64,000 bases of DNA from Centroscyllium fabricii (taxonomy: Eukaryota). Shown piece by piece: positions 11,761 through 23,500 of the stretch (the stretch's first letter is position 1; each line of letters opens with the position of its first letter). A program made the position numbers and the translations under genes. The DNA is taken from NCBI GenBank assembly GCA_051313645.2, contig JBNRSN020000005.1, forward strand, positions 111,724,001 to 111,788,000. Reading direction: 5' to 3'. Under the pieces are notes generated by a model, which was not told the origin of the DNA, did no database searches, and was given only the letters and a program-made list of their open reading frames with translations.

Positions 11761-12244
11761 ATACTTGCACCTTTATACACGTAGCATGTGCAACGCCACA
11801 GGTAATCTACTCGTGTAAAGATTAAAATGCAGTTGTTTGGTAGAGTGGCCAACCAGAGCTGAGCACGTACACTGCCCCCATCCCGAGTTTGTGGGATCGC
11901 TGAAACAACAAGAATGTCCCTAAAGGCAACCGGCAGAACCTTGCCAGTCAAATAATTGAAGTAACATTTGATTGGCCCTGTTTTCCTGTGCTCTAGAAGA
12001 GCTGCACCCCCACGAAGGGGGGTCAGAAATGCCTCGTGGGGGTGCAGCTCGGGTGATTACCAGAAACGTGAATTTCCTGTGCTGATGGGCAAGGGGCTTC
12101 AGCTTCCTACCCAGGAAGACTTTGAGCTGCCGATTTCCTGTGGCAGCTGCTCAAAATGCGTGTGTATCACGTGGGCAAGTCTCTCTTCAGCTGCACATTT
12201 AAAAAGCAGTCTTAGAGGTGCTGCAGCAGCTTTGAGAAGTGGAG

Positions 12245-12528
12245 AAACACGTTTAAAGGTAAGTTTTTTTTTGATTCCTTTGCAGATATTTGTCTGTGGT
12301 CTTTCAGCTTTTAAATGGGTAGGGTTTTTTTTTTGGTGAAAGTGAAAAAAAAACGGGTTTTTAACGCGATGTCAGCAGCTCTGATGGCCATCACAGCTGC
12401 TTAATTCGCGTTAAAAACCCGTTTTTTTTTCACTTTCACCAAAAAAAAAACCCTACCCATTTAAAAGCTGAAAGACCAGACAAATATCTGCAAAGGAATC
12501 AAAAAAAAACGTACCTTTAAATGTGTTT
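12245..12528. repeat. ~280-bp near-perfect inverted repeat
   Basis: 12245-12369 is the reverse complement of 12406-12528; the spacer is itself palindromic around TGGCCA. Confidence 0.9.
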
Positions 12529-12570
12529 TTTTCACTTCCACCAAAAAAAACCCTTAACAGCAGCAAAGGC

Positions 12571-12687
12571 AGAAACTTAAAAAAAACAAGGTGCTTCCTA
12601 GAAACTTTAAAAAAACAAGGTGCTTCCTAGAAACTTTAAAAAAACAAGGTGCTTCCTAGAAACTTAAAAAAAACAAGGTGCTTCCTA
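12571..12687. repeat. Four tandem copies of a 29-bp unit
   Basis: AGAAACTT(T/A)AAAAAAACAAGGTGCTTCCT x4, no spacers. Confidence 0.9.
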
Positions 12688-13104
12688 CCCGATATTCTTT
12701 GTCCTGAGGCCGATTCTGTGCTTTGTGCGGGGGGAAAGCCGACCTCAGTGGGCGTGGCCTGCTCACAACCTACGCACAAAGCACCACGCACCAGAAAAAA
12801 ACCAGACCCCTACGCAGCAAAAAAACCTGGCATTTTCCACAGGAAATTGCCGTCAGAAAAAAAAAAAAAATTACGTGCGCGTGCGCCGTGGGTGCACGTG
12901 AGCGCGCACCCGCAGCAATCGGGCCACAGGAAAACAGGGCAATATTTTGATGTCATCATTCTTGCTTCTGGCAATAACAAAGTGCTAAACAAAATGATCA
13001 CTTTCATTGATCTAAGTTTGCATTTTTAAACTACTGTAAAATTTAAAAAATCTGCACTCCCCTAGTGAGCTGTCGGTCCAACCATAAACTGCTGATCCAT
13101 TGCC

Positions 13105-13292
13105 TAGATTCATAGAAGATAGGAGCAGGAGTAGGCCATTCGGCCCCTCGAGCCTGCTCCGCCATTCAATGTGATCATTCAATCTCAATACCCTGTCCCT
13201 GCTTTCTCCCCATATCCCTTTAGCCTTAAGAAATATATCCAACTCCTTCTTGAATATATTGAATGAATTGGCCTCTATTGCCTCTGGTGAAA
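13105..13292 (-). mobile_element. CR1 LINE 3' end
   Basis: CATAGAAGATAGGAGCAGGAGTAGGCCATT tail; translation EANSFNIFKKELDIFL. Confidence 0.85.
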
Positions 13293-13964
13293 TGTTCAAA
13301 TTCTATTCAATTAAAAACATTGCAACATTACAATAACAGAAACCAGATTTATTTTAACAGGATTTATTTTTATTTTGGAAGTTCTCCCCCTCTCCATTGA
13401 AGACATGTATTCTTTATTGAGATACAGCTCCAAAGGTGCCAGGCATCATTTGATATGAGTGGCCATTACTCATGTGTCAATCGTGACAGTATCACAAGGC
13501 TATTCAACTGCAGGTGATGTCACAGCCAAGCCTAATTTTGCCATTGACTGACATCCAAACATACATTTTAGGAGCAGAGGCTCTGGCAAATTTTCCTCCC
13601 TTTTTTCTTGAATGTTGCACATTAAGAATTGAAGTAGATTTTTTTAAATTAAGCATTGTAGGCAGGAAATGCCAAGATATAGAAAATGACATTATCTTTA
13701 GCCATATTCATAGCTAGTGGGGCATAATGGGCTATGAATTTTTTTTCAATGGGGCCCATTCAGACAAAGTTTGAAAACTACCGACTTATACAATGTAAAA
13801 ATAAAGTGCAGTAATCCCTTTGAGCCACCTGATAATCATCAGTATGTCATATAAATACTACATTGTTACAAATTGCTTGAAAAATGTTTAATACCAGTCT
13901 TATTGTACAAACTAGGATCACATCAAATCTGAAAACAGGAAGATTAAGTGACACCATTACTGAC

Positions 13965-14787
13965 GTGGAGGTGCCGGTGTTGGACTGGGGTGGACAATTG
14001 TAAGAAGTCACACAACACCAGGTTATAGTCCAACAGTTTTATTTGAAATCACAAGCTTTTGGAGCGTAGCTCCTTCATCAGGTGTAAGTAAAAGAGATTC
14101 ATTTAAACACAGCATATATAGAGGGAGAGAACAATGTAATGAACGGATGAACGGACACCGCACAACAATCGCCAGGCAGGAGTGTTCCCTCCCAGTCGGG
14201 GAACACTTCAGCAGTCAAGGACATTCAGCCTCCGATCTTCGGGTAAGCATTCTCCAAGGCGGCCTTCAAGACACACAACGCAAAATCGTCGAGCAGAGGC
14301 TGATAGCCAAGTTCCGCACTCATGAGCACGGCCTCAACCGTGATATTGGTTTAAGGTTGCGCTACATGTGACCCCACCTGACGTAGAGTCATCCAGACTC
14401 GAGTCGTCTTTGGCTTGTCCTCACTACGTGGATGTGGCTGCGATTTCCAGCAAGAAAAATCTTTTTTTAAATCATTCTGTGTGGGTTTTCACACAGACAC
14501 CAGATTGCAACATTTGACACTTTGTGACTGCACCTCATTGATATCAGGGTGGTGCCTGACTGACTGACTGATCTGTTAAAACACCGTTCACACCTTTGAT
14601 TGCTGTGGATGTCTCTCTGCTGAGGTGTGATGTAGGACAGTTGTAAAGATTACATTGTTCTCTCCCTCTATATATGCTGTGTTTAAATGAATCTCTTTTA
14701 CTTACACCTGATGAAGGTGCTACGCTCCGAAAGCTTGTGATTTCAAATAAAACTGTTGGACTATAACCTGGTGTTGTGACTTCTTAC
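13965..14787 (+). mobile_element. Penelope-like element: inverted pLTR, GIY-YIG C-terminus, pLTR
   Basis: ~14000-14140 is the reverse complement of ~14649-14787; ORF 14147-14371 matches 2713-2960; hammerhead core CTGATGA...GAAAGCTT near 14709-14736. Confidence 0.88.
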
Positions 14788-15954
14788 CACTAAGACTGTA
14801 AGACCAGTACAAACATTAGCAAAATAATATCCACTATCAAGTGAAGTCATTGTGCAAAAAAATGCCAATTCATAAAGAAAATGAAGAGAAAATGTACATT
14901 GCACAAGCTACATACTACTGAATCAACAGCACATTTGAGAACCCATAATACCTGCACCTTTATACACTTAGAAAATACTTTCCAGTTGTATTGATATTTT
15001 AAACGTGTCATTACAATTTGACACTTTAAGTGGGTACATACGTACACCATCATAGAGGCGCAGGGCTGAATGTAAAAGCAGCTAAGAATTGATACTAAGT
15101 GATCTCATCAGTTCTGGTGGCAATCCATTGACACTTTTAAATTACGTTGCTGGTTTCAGAAGAGCAGCATTGTGCCAGCCTTCCAGCACCACTCCTCCAC
15201 ATCAACATTTCCACCTGCCACCATTCTCCGTCAGGCATTGATTGGGCAGCAGCAGAGTTCAATCAGCAGCAGCTCGGAAGAACCATGAGAATGTGAGTAC
15301 ATGCTGCTGTCAGAACTAAACTGTGTATTTGCTCCAGTTTTAAAATGTAAAAGGGCCTTTTGCAAAGCTTTAATAAAAGGAACATTGCTGCATCAATTTG
15401 ATGCCTATACAATGAATCATTAGAGTATCAGAATCTCCTCTCAGCATTTTATAACAGAAATGGTCATATAAGTCAGTAATTTGAAATATATTAAATATAT
15501 ATTTTTGCATTATTTATACAATACTAGTTAAAACAAAATTAAAATGATGATAATGTAATGTGTATTTTATTTTAACTGCGATAAGTGGCTTTCAGTTCTT
15601 CGATACATTTTTGAGGGTCAAGCTATTGGGAATTTTCTTTAAATCATTCAGGTTTGTACCATAGCGGCTGGGCACCATTACAAGTACAAAAATTCCATCA
15701 AAAGCTAAGTAGCTGACATGTTGATATCAGGGAACTTAAGACAAACAGTTTGACTGCTTTTAATATATTAGTGAAGGTACATGTTTTGATATTTCTAGTC
15801 CCTGAACACAAATAAAAAGTGAATCTATTACATTACCAATATTCATAAAAGCACAGGTTAGCAAAATTGTAATTAAAATATGTCCCATAGTCATTTGCAA
15901 AACATGTATTTTGGCAGTAATTTTAATGAATAATTACACCATCTCAATGTTAGT

Positions 15955-16230
15955 CGGAGTCACAACAGCACAGAAGGCAGCCATTCGGCCCTCAAGTCCG
16001 TGCCGGCTCTCTGCAGAGCAATCCAGTCAGTCCCATTCCCCTGCTCTATCACCGTAGCCCTGCAGTTTATTTCCCTCAAGTGCCTATCCAGTTTCCCCTT
16101 GAAAACATTGTGTGTCTCCACATCCACCGGCAGCAAAGTTTCAGGTCCTCACCACTCGTTGCGTAAAAATGAATTTTCCTCACATTCTCCCCTGTATCTC
16201 TTGCCCAAAACCTTTAAATCTGTGTCCCCT
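15955..16230 (-). mobile_element. CR1 LINE 3' end (subfamily as at 10468)
   Basis: Aligns with 10468-10625. Confidence 0.75.
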
Positions 16231-17350
16231 ACTCCCCAAGATAGTTTGGGCCTCGGGCAGACATCGAATAGTCCCTCCCATCCCACTAACCCAAGAGTCC
16301 ACTTAAACTTGTGACTAATTTTCAGAATCCAATTCAAAGAGTCAAAGTGGAGAAAATATTTTGTGCAGCGATAATATTCTACCCCCATGAGGTATGTAAC
16401 GCCATGTTTAAGTACTTAATAAATGTACTGAAATCTACTGGAAGGATATGAATATTTTAAAACTATACTTACAGGGAGCTTGGTTTGAATCTATTTTTGT
16501 TTTCTGCAGTCGCCTTCAAACTCAAAGGGTCCCTGGGAGCACCGCTCAAAGGGGGGCCCACGACTGCTGTGCGAGAACTCTCTCTATTTTTCTTTTGCCA
16601 CTCCAATCAAGGCTCATTAGAGGCCTGATTCCCATCGCTAAAATGGGGAATATTAAATTCCCTACTTTTAGCTGCAAGTGGCTGACCCAGCTGAAGTTTG
16701 AGAGTCCTGTGAAAATCCTTTTCTTCAATACCATTGGGATTCCGTGAGCCAAATCCTTCATATTAAAAAGTGCGACTGACAGCAAACTACGATCAACAAC
16801 CAATCCTTCAATGTAAAGGTGTGTAATGGTGGTCATTACACCATGTGCATTACCAGATATATCACCAACATCTAGGTCCACATTTAGTCTACTTTAATCA
16901 TGTTTAACTGAACAGTAGCCTGCCACTATTCAAAGGAAACTAAAAATACAACAGTAATACAACACAACACACCACGCACACAATATATACAGCATTTCAA
17001 ACTGTGGCTCGTCAACTCTCCAGGCCATAACCTGATTTTGCAATATCCTTTTCCACAGACTGTTATTTCTAGGATCTTGCTTTGTTCAAAATGGCTTCTG
17101 CATGGCTCCACTGAACGACATTCACTGCCCTTCAAAGTAATTGTTATGAAATGCTTAGAGCCACTTCCAAAGAGAAATGATAAAGCATTATATGAATGCT
17201 AGTCTTTTGTGTTGGCCTGTATTACAAACAGTGGGCTGAATACAGCATTAACATATATTGTCCATTTAATCATTTTACTGGGCAGACTTTATAATAATAG
17301 TGCAATTTAAATGAATTCGGAAATTCTTGGGTTCTTGTAGTAATTAGGTT

Positions 17351-17520
17351 TTAAAATCCTGGATCCCAGGAGATAATTTGCTCAACATCTTTTTCTTCAT
17401 AACAAATTATTTCATCGCCAAGCTTAATATCAATTTCTTTATCCAAGCTGAGGCCACATTCCATGCCTGTCTTCACAACTGTGACATCGTCCTTGAGATG
17501 TTTGAGAGAGGTGAGGGAAC
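17351..17520 (-). CDS. mtif2: Mitochondrial translation initiation factor 2, last coding exon
   Basis: (G)[55 protein letters not shown]; IF2 C2 domain; AG acceptor at 17522-17521, TAA at 17353-17351. Confidence 0.95.
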
Positions 17521-18111
17521 CTGAATGGGGGGAAAAAGTTTTATTATACTGCAAACTTGGTTTTACTCTGTTGGTAATAAACACTTATCGAGCATAAAAC
17601 ATAAAACAATATATACATCTACTGACTTGTTAGCCCCTCTTTTCCTTACCAATACCACCACGGCTACACACCACCCCCCTGGTCAATAGAGCAGACAAAC
17701 AACCTGCTCCCACCCCCACCACCAGTCTTACTGAATTTTAAGTTGCTTCTGACGGCAGGTTTTTACTCTTGCTAGTTTTTTTTGTTGAGTTTCTTGCCAT
17801 TTTATGGACCTCTCCAGAGTCTTAGTGAGCTGCTGGATGATGTTCACAGTACTTTGTCTCTGTTGTACTTTGTGTTGGAATTACTGCAGGTACCCTGAGA
17901 AATTATTTGTTATATGGGGGAATTTTCATAGACAGTGTAAATATAAAATTGTGTAACAATTGGATATTTTGTAAAAGTCCCTTAAAATACTCCTAAACTG
18001 TAAACTGGTTTCCAATGCAACACAATTGCTTTTTCTGAAATAGCAGGATTTTGATTCTATAGCAGCAGTTTTGCTTGTTATAATATAGAACTGTACAAGA
18101 GGAAAACATGC

Positions 18112-18252
18112 CTCTCCACAAAATATGTCCATCACGAATGAGCTTAAACTGCATCTTTCTGTGCAATTGACCCTTCTGGACTCTGCAACCTGCTACAGGA
18201 ATCTTCTTTTTCCCTATTGTCACATGGAAGAGTGCCAACACAGATGCCTCTC
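18112..18252 (-). CDS. mtif2: mtif2 penultimate coding exon (GC donor)
   Basis: (G)[46 protein letters not shown](G); 141 bp; the in-frame donor is AG|GCATGT. Confidence 0.92.
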
Positions 18253-18426
18253 CTGAAAGCAAAATAAACAGCATTAACAAATGGTGACAACATCGTTAGA
18301 TACATGTCTCAATTAGTTAGAAAATAGACATACATCAGGTCGCATTTATAACATATATACAAAGTGAGTTTAAAAAGCTCCATCTGACAAAGAATGTCTA
18401 ATTATTTTATAAGACACAAAACATAC

Positions 18427-18591
18427 CTATTATATTTTCTTCAAGTACTGGTGGCAACTTGCCACTCAGTTCATCCTTGAGGTCATCAATAAGCTTGTAG
18501 ATAACCTTATGCAATTTGATTTTTATTCCTTTCTTAGTAGCCATCTGTTGTACTTCTTTGTTGGCATTTACATTAAAACCATACACCAGAC
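18427..18591 (-). CDS. mtif2: mtif2 coding exon
   Basis: (G)LVYGFNVNANKEVQQMATKKGIKIKLHKVIYKLIDDLKDELSGKLPPVLEENII(G); AG/GT, 165 bp. Confidence 0.95.
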
Positions 18592-18842
18592 CTAAAAATC
18601 CAAAAGAAGAGTGCGGTTTGTCTGCAAGCCATATTCCATGCATTGTTTCCAATTGCAGAAGGGGTACAGGTAACTATACAACCATCCCCTACCCTAATCC
18701 AAAGTTCTGTCTCAGTCAGAAAAGGTGAGAGTAAATGGTTCTCAGCAATGTGGGGACCCATTCTCTTGAGGCAGAGAAACTGAAATAATGATTATTTGGG
18801 GGTGAGTTCGTGCCCAGGTTGAGTGGGGGAGAAACAGGAAAT

Positions 18843-20030
18843 AAGAAACATAGAAGATAGGAGCAGGAGTAGGCCATTCGGCCCCTCGAGCCTGCTCCGC
18901 CATTAAATGAGATCATGGCTGATCATCCAAACCCAGTACCCTGTCCCTGCCTTCTCCCCATGTCCCCTGATCCCTTTAGCATTAAGGAATATATCCAACT
19001 CCTTCTTGAATATATTTAATGAACTGGCCTCCACCGCCCTCTGCGGCAGAGAATTCCACAGGTTCACCACACGGTAGATGAAGAAATTCCTCATCTCAGT
19101 CCTATATGGCTTACCCCTTATCCTTAGACTATGACCCCTGCTTCTGGACTCCCCGGCCATCAGGAAAATCCTTCCTGCATCTAGTCTGTCCAGGCCTGAC
19201 AGAATTTTATAGGTTTCGATGAGATCTACTCTCATTCTTCTAAACTACAGTGAGTACAAGCCCAATCGACACAATCTCTCCTCGTACGTCATTCTAGCCA
19301 TCCCAAGTATCAGCCTGGTGAATCTTCGCTGCACTCCTTCCATGGCAAGACCATCTCGGACCGGAAGGCCCTGCAGCGGGTAGTCAAAACTGCCCAATGA
19401 ATCACCGGCACCCAGCTACCGTCAATTGAATGCATCTACCTCAAACGCTGCCCACACACCCCAGCCACAGTCTGTTCGCCCCCCTGCCCTCCGGGAGACG
19501 CTACGGATCAATTCGCACCCGCACGACTAGATTCAAGAACAGCTTCCTCCCCAGGCCTGTCAGGCTCCTGAACTCTAACAAAAAACTCCAGTATCTGCAC
19601 ACCTGAAATGTACCTTACTGTATGCAATTGTATGTAAATTATTTGCACTACTCTCGGGAGTGAGTCTTCGTCTCGTTGTATTGTACTAGTACTCTGCAAT
19701 GACAATAAAACTTGAATTGAATTGAATCCTTCCTCAGATAAGGCGACCAAAACTGCACACAATACTCGAGGTGTGGTCTCACCAAGGCCCTGTACAGCTG
19801 CAGCAAGACATCCTTGTTCCTGTACTCGAACCCTCTTGCTACGAAGGCCAACATACTATTTGCCTTCTTAACCGCCTGCTGCACCTGCATGCTTACCTTC
19901 AGCAACTGGTGCACAAGAACACCCAGGTCTCTTTGCACTTCCCCCTTCTCCCAATCTATTGCCATTCAAATAATAATCTGCCTTCCTGTTTTTGCCACCA
20001 AAGTGGGTAACCTCACATTTATCCACATTA
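18843..20030 (-). mobile_element. CR1 LINE 3' part (RT C-terminus), interrupted by Rex1
   Basis: ORFs 18903-19235 and 19648-19965 (LYRALVRPHLEYCVQFWSP). Confidence 0.9.
19351..19726 (+). mobile_element. Rex1/Babar LINE 3' end nested in CR1
   Basis: DRKALQRVVKTAQ...RFKNSF remnants; tail AATGACAATAAAAC(TTGAA)3; CR1 flanks rejoin. Confidence 0.85.
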
Positions 20031-20518
20031 TAGTGCAAGAGAAGTTAGACAAGTAAATAAACATTTCTTTTAGTTTTTTACCCAGTGGCAGATACAGGAA
20101 AAAGCTTTCTCCATATTGCCCAACAATGCACTTTAACCCCAAATTGGTCCATAACCACCTATGACTCTATTTTCCACACCAGCATCCAGTGTTGTCCGTG
20201 AGCGCGCTAAATGAGCGCGCGTTCACGAGCGCGTTCACATTTTCGTGAACGCTGAACGAGCGCGCTCTTTCCCAGCAGCCTGAGCGAAAACGTGAGCGTC
20301 GCTCAGTTTGCAGGGATTGAGCGGCGCTCTTGCAGCGCTCTTGCGGTATGTGACGCATGCGCAGATCGTCTCCCAGCGACACGAGTCGCTGCTGCCTTCC
20401 ATGCGGGAAGGGTCGGGTCTGAAGCCATCGACGGTGAGTGTGCCGGACCTGCTGGCTGCTCTGTACTGAGTGCTCTGCGGGGCTTTGCTTTGCAAAAAAA
20501 TCTCTCTCTCTCTCTCTC

Positions 20519-23500
20519 GGGGGGGGGGGGGGGGGGGGGGGGAGAGAGACGGGGGGAGAGAGACGGGGGGGGGGGGGGGGGGGGAAGAGAGACGGGGGGG
20601 GGAAAGAGAGAGACGGGGGGGGAGAGAGAGACGGGGGGGGGGAGAGAGAGACGGGGGGGAGAGAGAGACGGGGGGGGGGAGAGAGACGGGGGGGGGAGAG
20701 AGACGGGGGGGGGAGAGAGACGGGGGGGGAGAGAGACGGGGGGGGAGAGAGACGGGGGGGGAGAGAGACGGGGGGGGGAGAGAGACGGGGGGGGGGAGAG
20801 AGACGGGGGGGGGAGAGAGACGGTGGGCGGGAGAGAGACGGGGGGGGGGAGAGAGACGGGGGGGGGGGAGAGAGACGGGGGGGGGGAGAGAGACGGGGGG
20901 GGGAGAGAGACGGGGGGGGGGAGAGAGACGGGGGGGGGGGAGAGAGACGGGGGGGGGGGAGAGAGACGGGGGGGGGGGAGAGAGACGGGGGGGGGAGAGA
21001 GACGGGGGGGGGGGAGAGAGACGGGGGGGGGGGAGAGAGACGGGGGGGGGGGGAGAGAGACGGGGGGGGGAGAGAGACGGGGGGGGGGGGGAGAGACGGG
21101 GGGGGGAGAGAGACGGGGGGGGGGGGGAGAGAGACGGGGGGGGGAGAGAGAGACGGGGGGGGAGAGAGACGGGGGGGGAGAGAGACGGGGGGGGAGAGAG
21201 ACGGGGGGGGAGAGAGACGGGGGGGGAGAGAGACGGGGGGGGAGAGAGACGGGGGGGGAGAGAGACGGGGGGGGAGAGAGACGGGGGGGAGAGAGACGGG
21301 GGGGGGAGAGAGACGGGGGGGGAGAGACGGGGGGGGGGAGAGAGACGGTGGGGGGAGAGAGAGACGGGGGGGGAGAGAGACGTGGGGGGAGAGAGACGTG
21401 GGGGGGGAGAGAGACGTGGGGGGGGAGAGAGACGGGGGGGGGGGAGAGAGACGGGGGGGTGGGGGGGAGAGAGACGGGGGGGTGGGGGGGAGAGAGACGG
21501 GGGGGTGGGGGGGGAGAGAGACGGGGGGGTGGGGGGAGAGAGACGGTGGGGGGAGAGAGACGGTGGGGGGGAGAGAGACGGGGGGGGAGAGAGACGGGGG
21601 GGGAGAGAGACGGGGGGGGGAGAGAGACGGACGGGGGGAGAGAGACGGACGGGGGGGGAGAGAGACGGACGGGGGGGGAGAGAGACGGAGGGGGGGGAGA
21701 GAGACGGGGGGGGGGGAGAGAGACGGGGGGGGAGAGAGACGGGGGGGGAGAGAGACGGGGGGGGAGAGAGACGGGGGGGGGAGAGAGACGGGGGGGGGAG
21801 AGAGACGGGGGGGGGGGAGAGACGGGGGGGGGGAGAGAGACGGGGGGGGGAGAGAGACGGGGGGGGAGAGAGACGGGGGGGGAGAGAGACGGGGGGGGGA
21901 GAGAGACGGGGGGGGGAGAGAGACGGGGGGGGGGAGAGACGGGGGGGGGGAGAGAGACGGGGGGGGGGGGAGAGAGACGGGGGGGGGAGGGGGAGAGAGA
22001 CGGGGGGGGGAGGGGGGAGAGAGACGGGGGGGGAGGGGGGAGAGAGACGGGGGGGGGAGGGGGGAGAGAGACGGGGGGGGGGGAGAGAGACGGGGGGGGG
22101 GAGAGAGACGGGGGGGGGGAGAGAGACGGGGGGGGGGAGAGAGACGGGGGGGGGAGAGAGACGGGGGGGGGAGAGAGACGGGGGGGGAGAGAGACGGGGG
22201 GGGAGAGAGACGGGGGGGGGGGGAGAGAGACGGGGGGGAGGGGAGAGAGACGGGGGGGGAGAGAGACGGGGGGGGAGAGAGACGGTGGGGGGGGGGAGAG
22301 AGACGGGGGGGGAAGAGAGAGACGGGGGGGGGGAAGAGAGAGACGGGGGGGGGGAAGAGAGAGACGGGGGGGGGGAAGAGAGAGACGGGGGGGGGGGAAG
22401 AGAGAGACGGGGGGGGGGAAGAGAGAGACGGGGGGGGGAAGAGAGAGACGGGGGGGGGAAGAGAGAGACGGGGGGGGAGAGACGGGGGGGAAGAGAGAGA
22501 CGGGGGGGGGGAGACGGGGGGGGGGAGACGGGGGGGGGGGGAGAGAGACGGGGGGGGAGAGAGACGGGGGGGGGAGAGAGACGGGGGGGGAGGGAGAGAG
22601 ACGGGGGGGAGGGAGAGAGACGGGGGGGGGAGAGACACGGGGGGGGGAGAGAGACGGGGGGGGGAGAGAGACGGGGGGGGGGGAGAGAGACGGGGGGGGG
22701 GAGAGAGACGGGGGGGGGGAGAGAGACGGGGGGGGGGAGAGAGACGGGGGGGGGAGAGAGACGGGGGGGGGGAGAGAGACGGGGGGGGGGGAGAGAGACG
22801 GGGGGGGGAGAGAGACGGGGGGGGGGGAGAGAGACGGGGGGGGGGAGAGAGACGGGGGGGGGGGAGAGAGACGGGGGGGGGGGGAGAGAGACGGGGGGGG
22901 GAGAGAGACGGGGGGGGGGGAGAGACGGGGGGGGGGGAGAGACGGGGGGGGGGAGAGAGACGGGGGGGGGGAGAGAGACGGGGGGGGGGGGGGGAGAGAG
23001 ACGGGGGGGGGAGAGAGAGACGGGGGGGGAGAGAGACGGGGGGGGAGAGAGACGGGGGGGGAGAGAGACGGGGGGGGAGAGAGACGGGGGGGGAGAGAGA
23101 CGGGGGGGGAGAGAGACGGGGGGGGAGAGAGACGGGGGGGGAGAGAGACGGGGGGGAGAGAGACGGGGGGGGGAGAGAGACGGGGGGGGGAGAGACGGGG
23201 GGGGGAGAGAGACGGTGGGGGGAGAGAGAGACGGGGGGGGAGAGAGACGTGGGGGGAGAGAGACGTGGGGGGGGAGAGAGACGTGGGGGGGGAGAGAGAC
23301 GGGGGGGGGGAGAGAGACGGGGGGGTGGGGGGGAGAGAGACGGGGGGGTGGGGGGAGAGAGACGGGGGGGTGGGGGGGGAGAGAGACGGGGGGGTGGGGG
23401 GGAGAGAGACGGTGGGGGGAGAGAGACGGTGGGGGGGAGAGAGACGGGGGGGGAGAGAGACGGGGGGGGAGAGAGACGGGGGGGGAGAGAGACGGGGGGG

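Larger units (their letters stand above)
11974..12940. mobile_element. Harbinger/PHIS-like MITE (copy C) containing a long hairpin and a tandem repeat
   Basis: TIRs GGCCCTGTTTTCCTGTG / CACAGGAAAACAGGGC; flanks ATT / AAT. Confidence 0.7.

Noticed and set aside
12571-12687. CRISPR-like array of 29-bp repeats
   Set aside because: No spacers, vertebrate DNA, no cas genes.
16546-16881. 111-aa ORF downstream of mtif2
   Set aside because: No recognisable domain, non-ATG start, no convincing splice context; probably 3' UTR or intergenic sequence.
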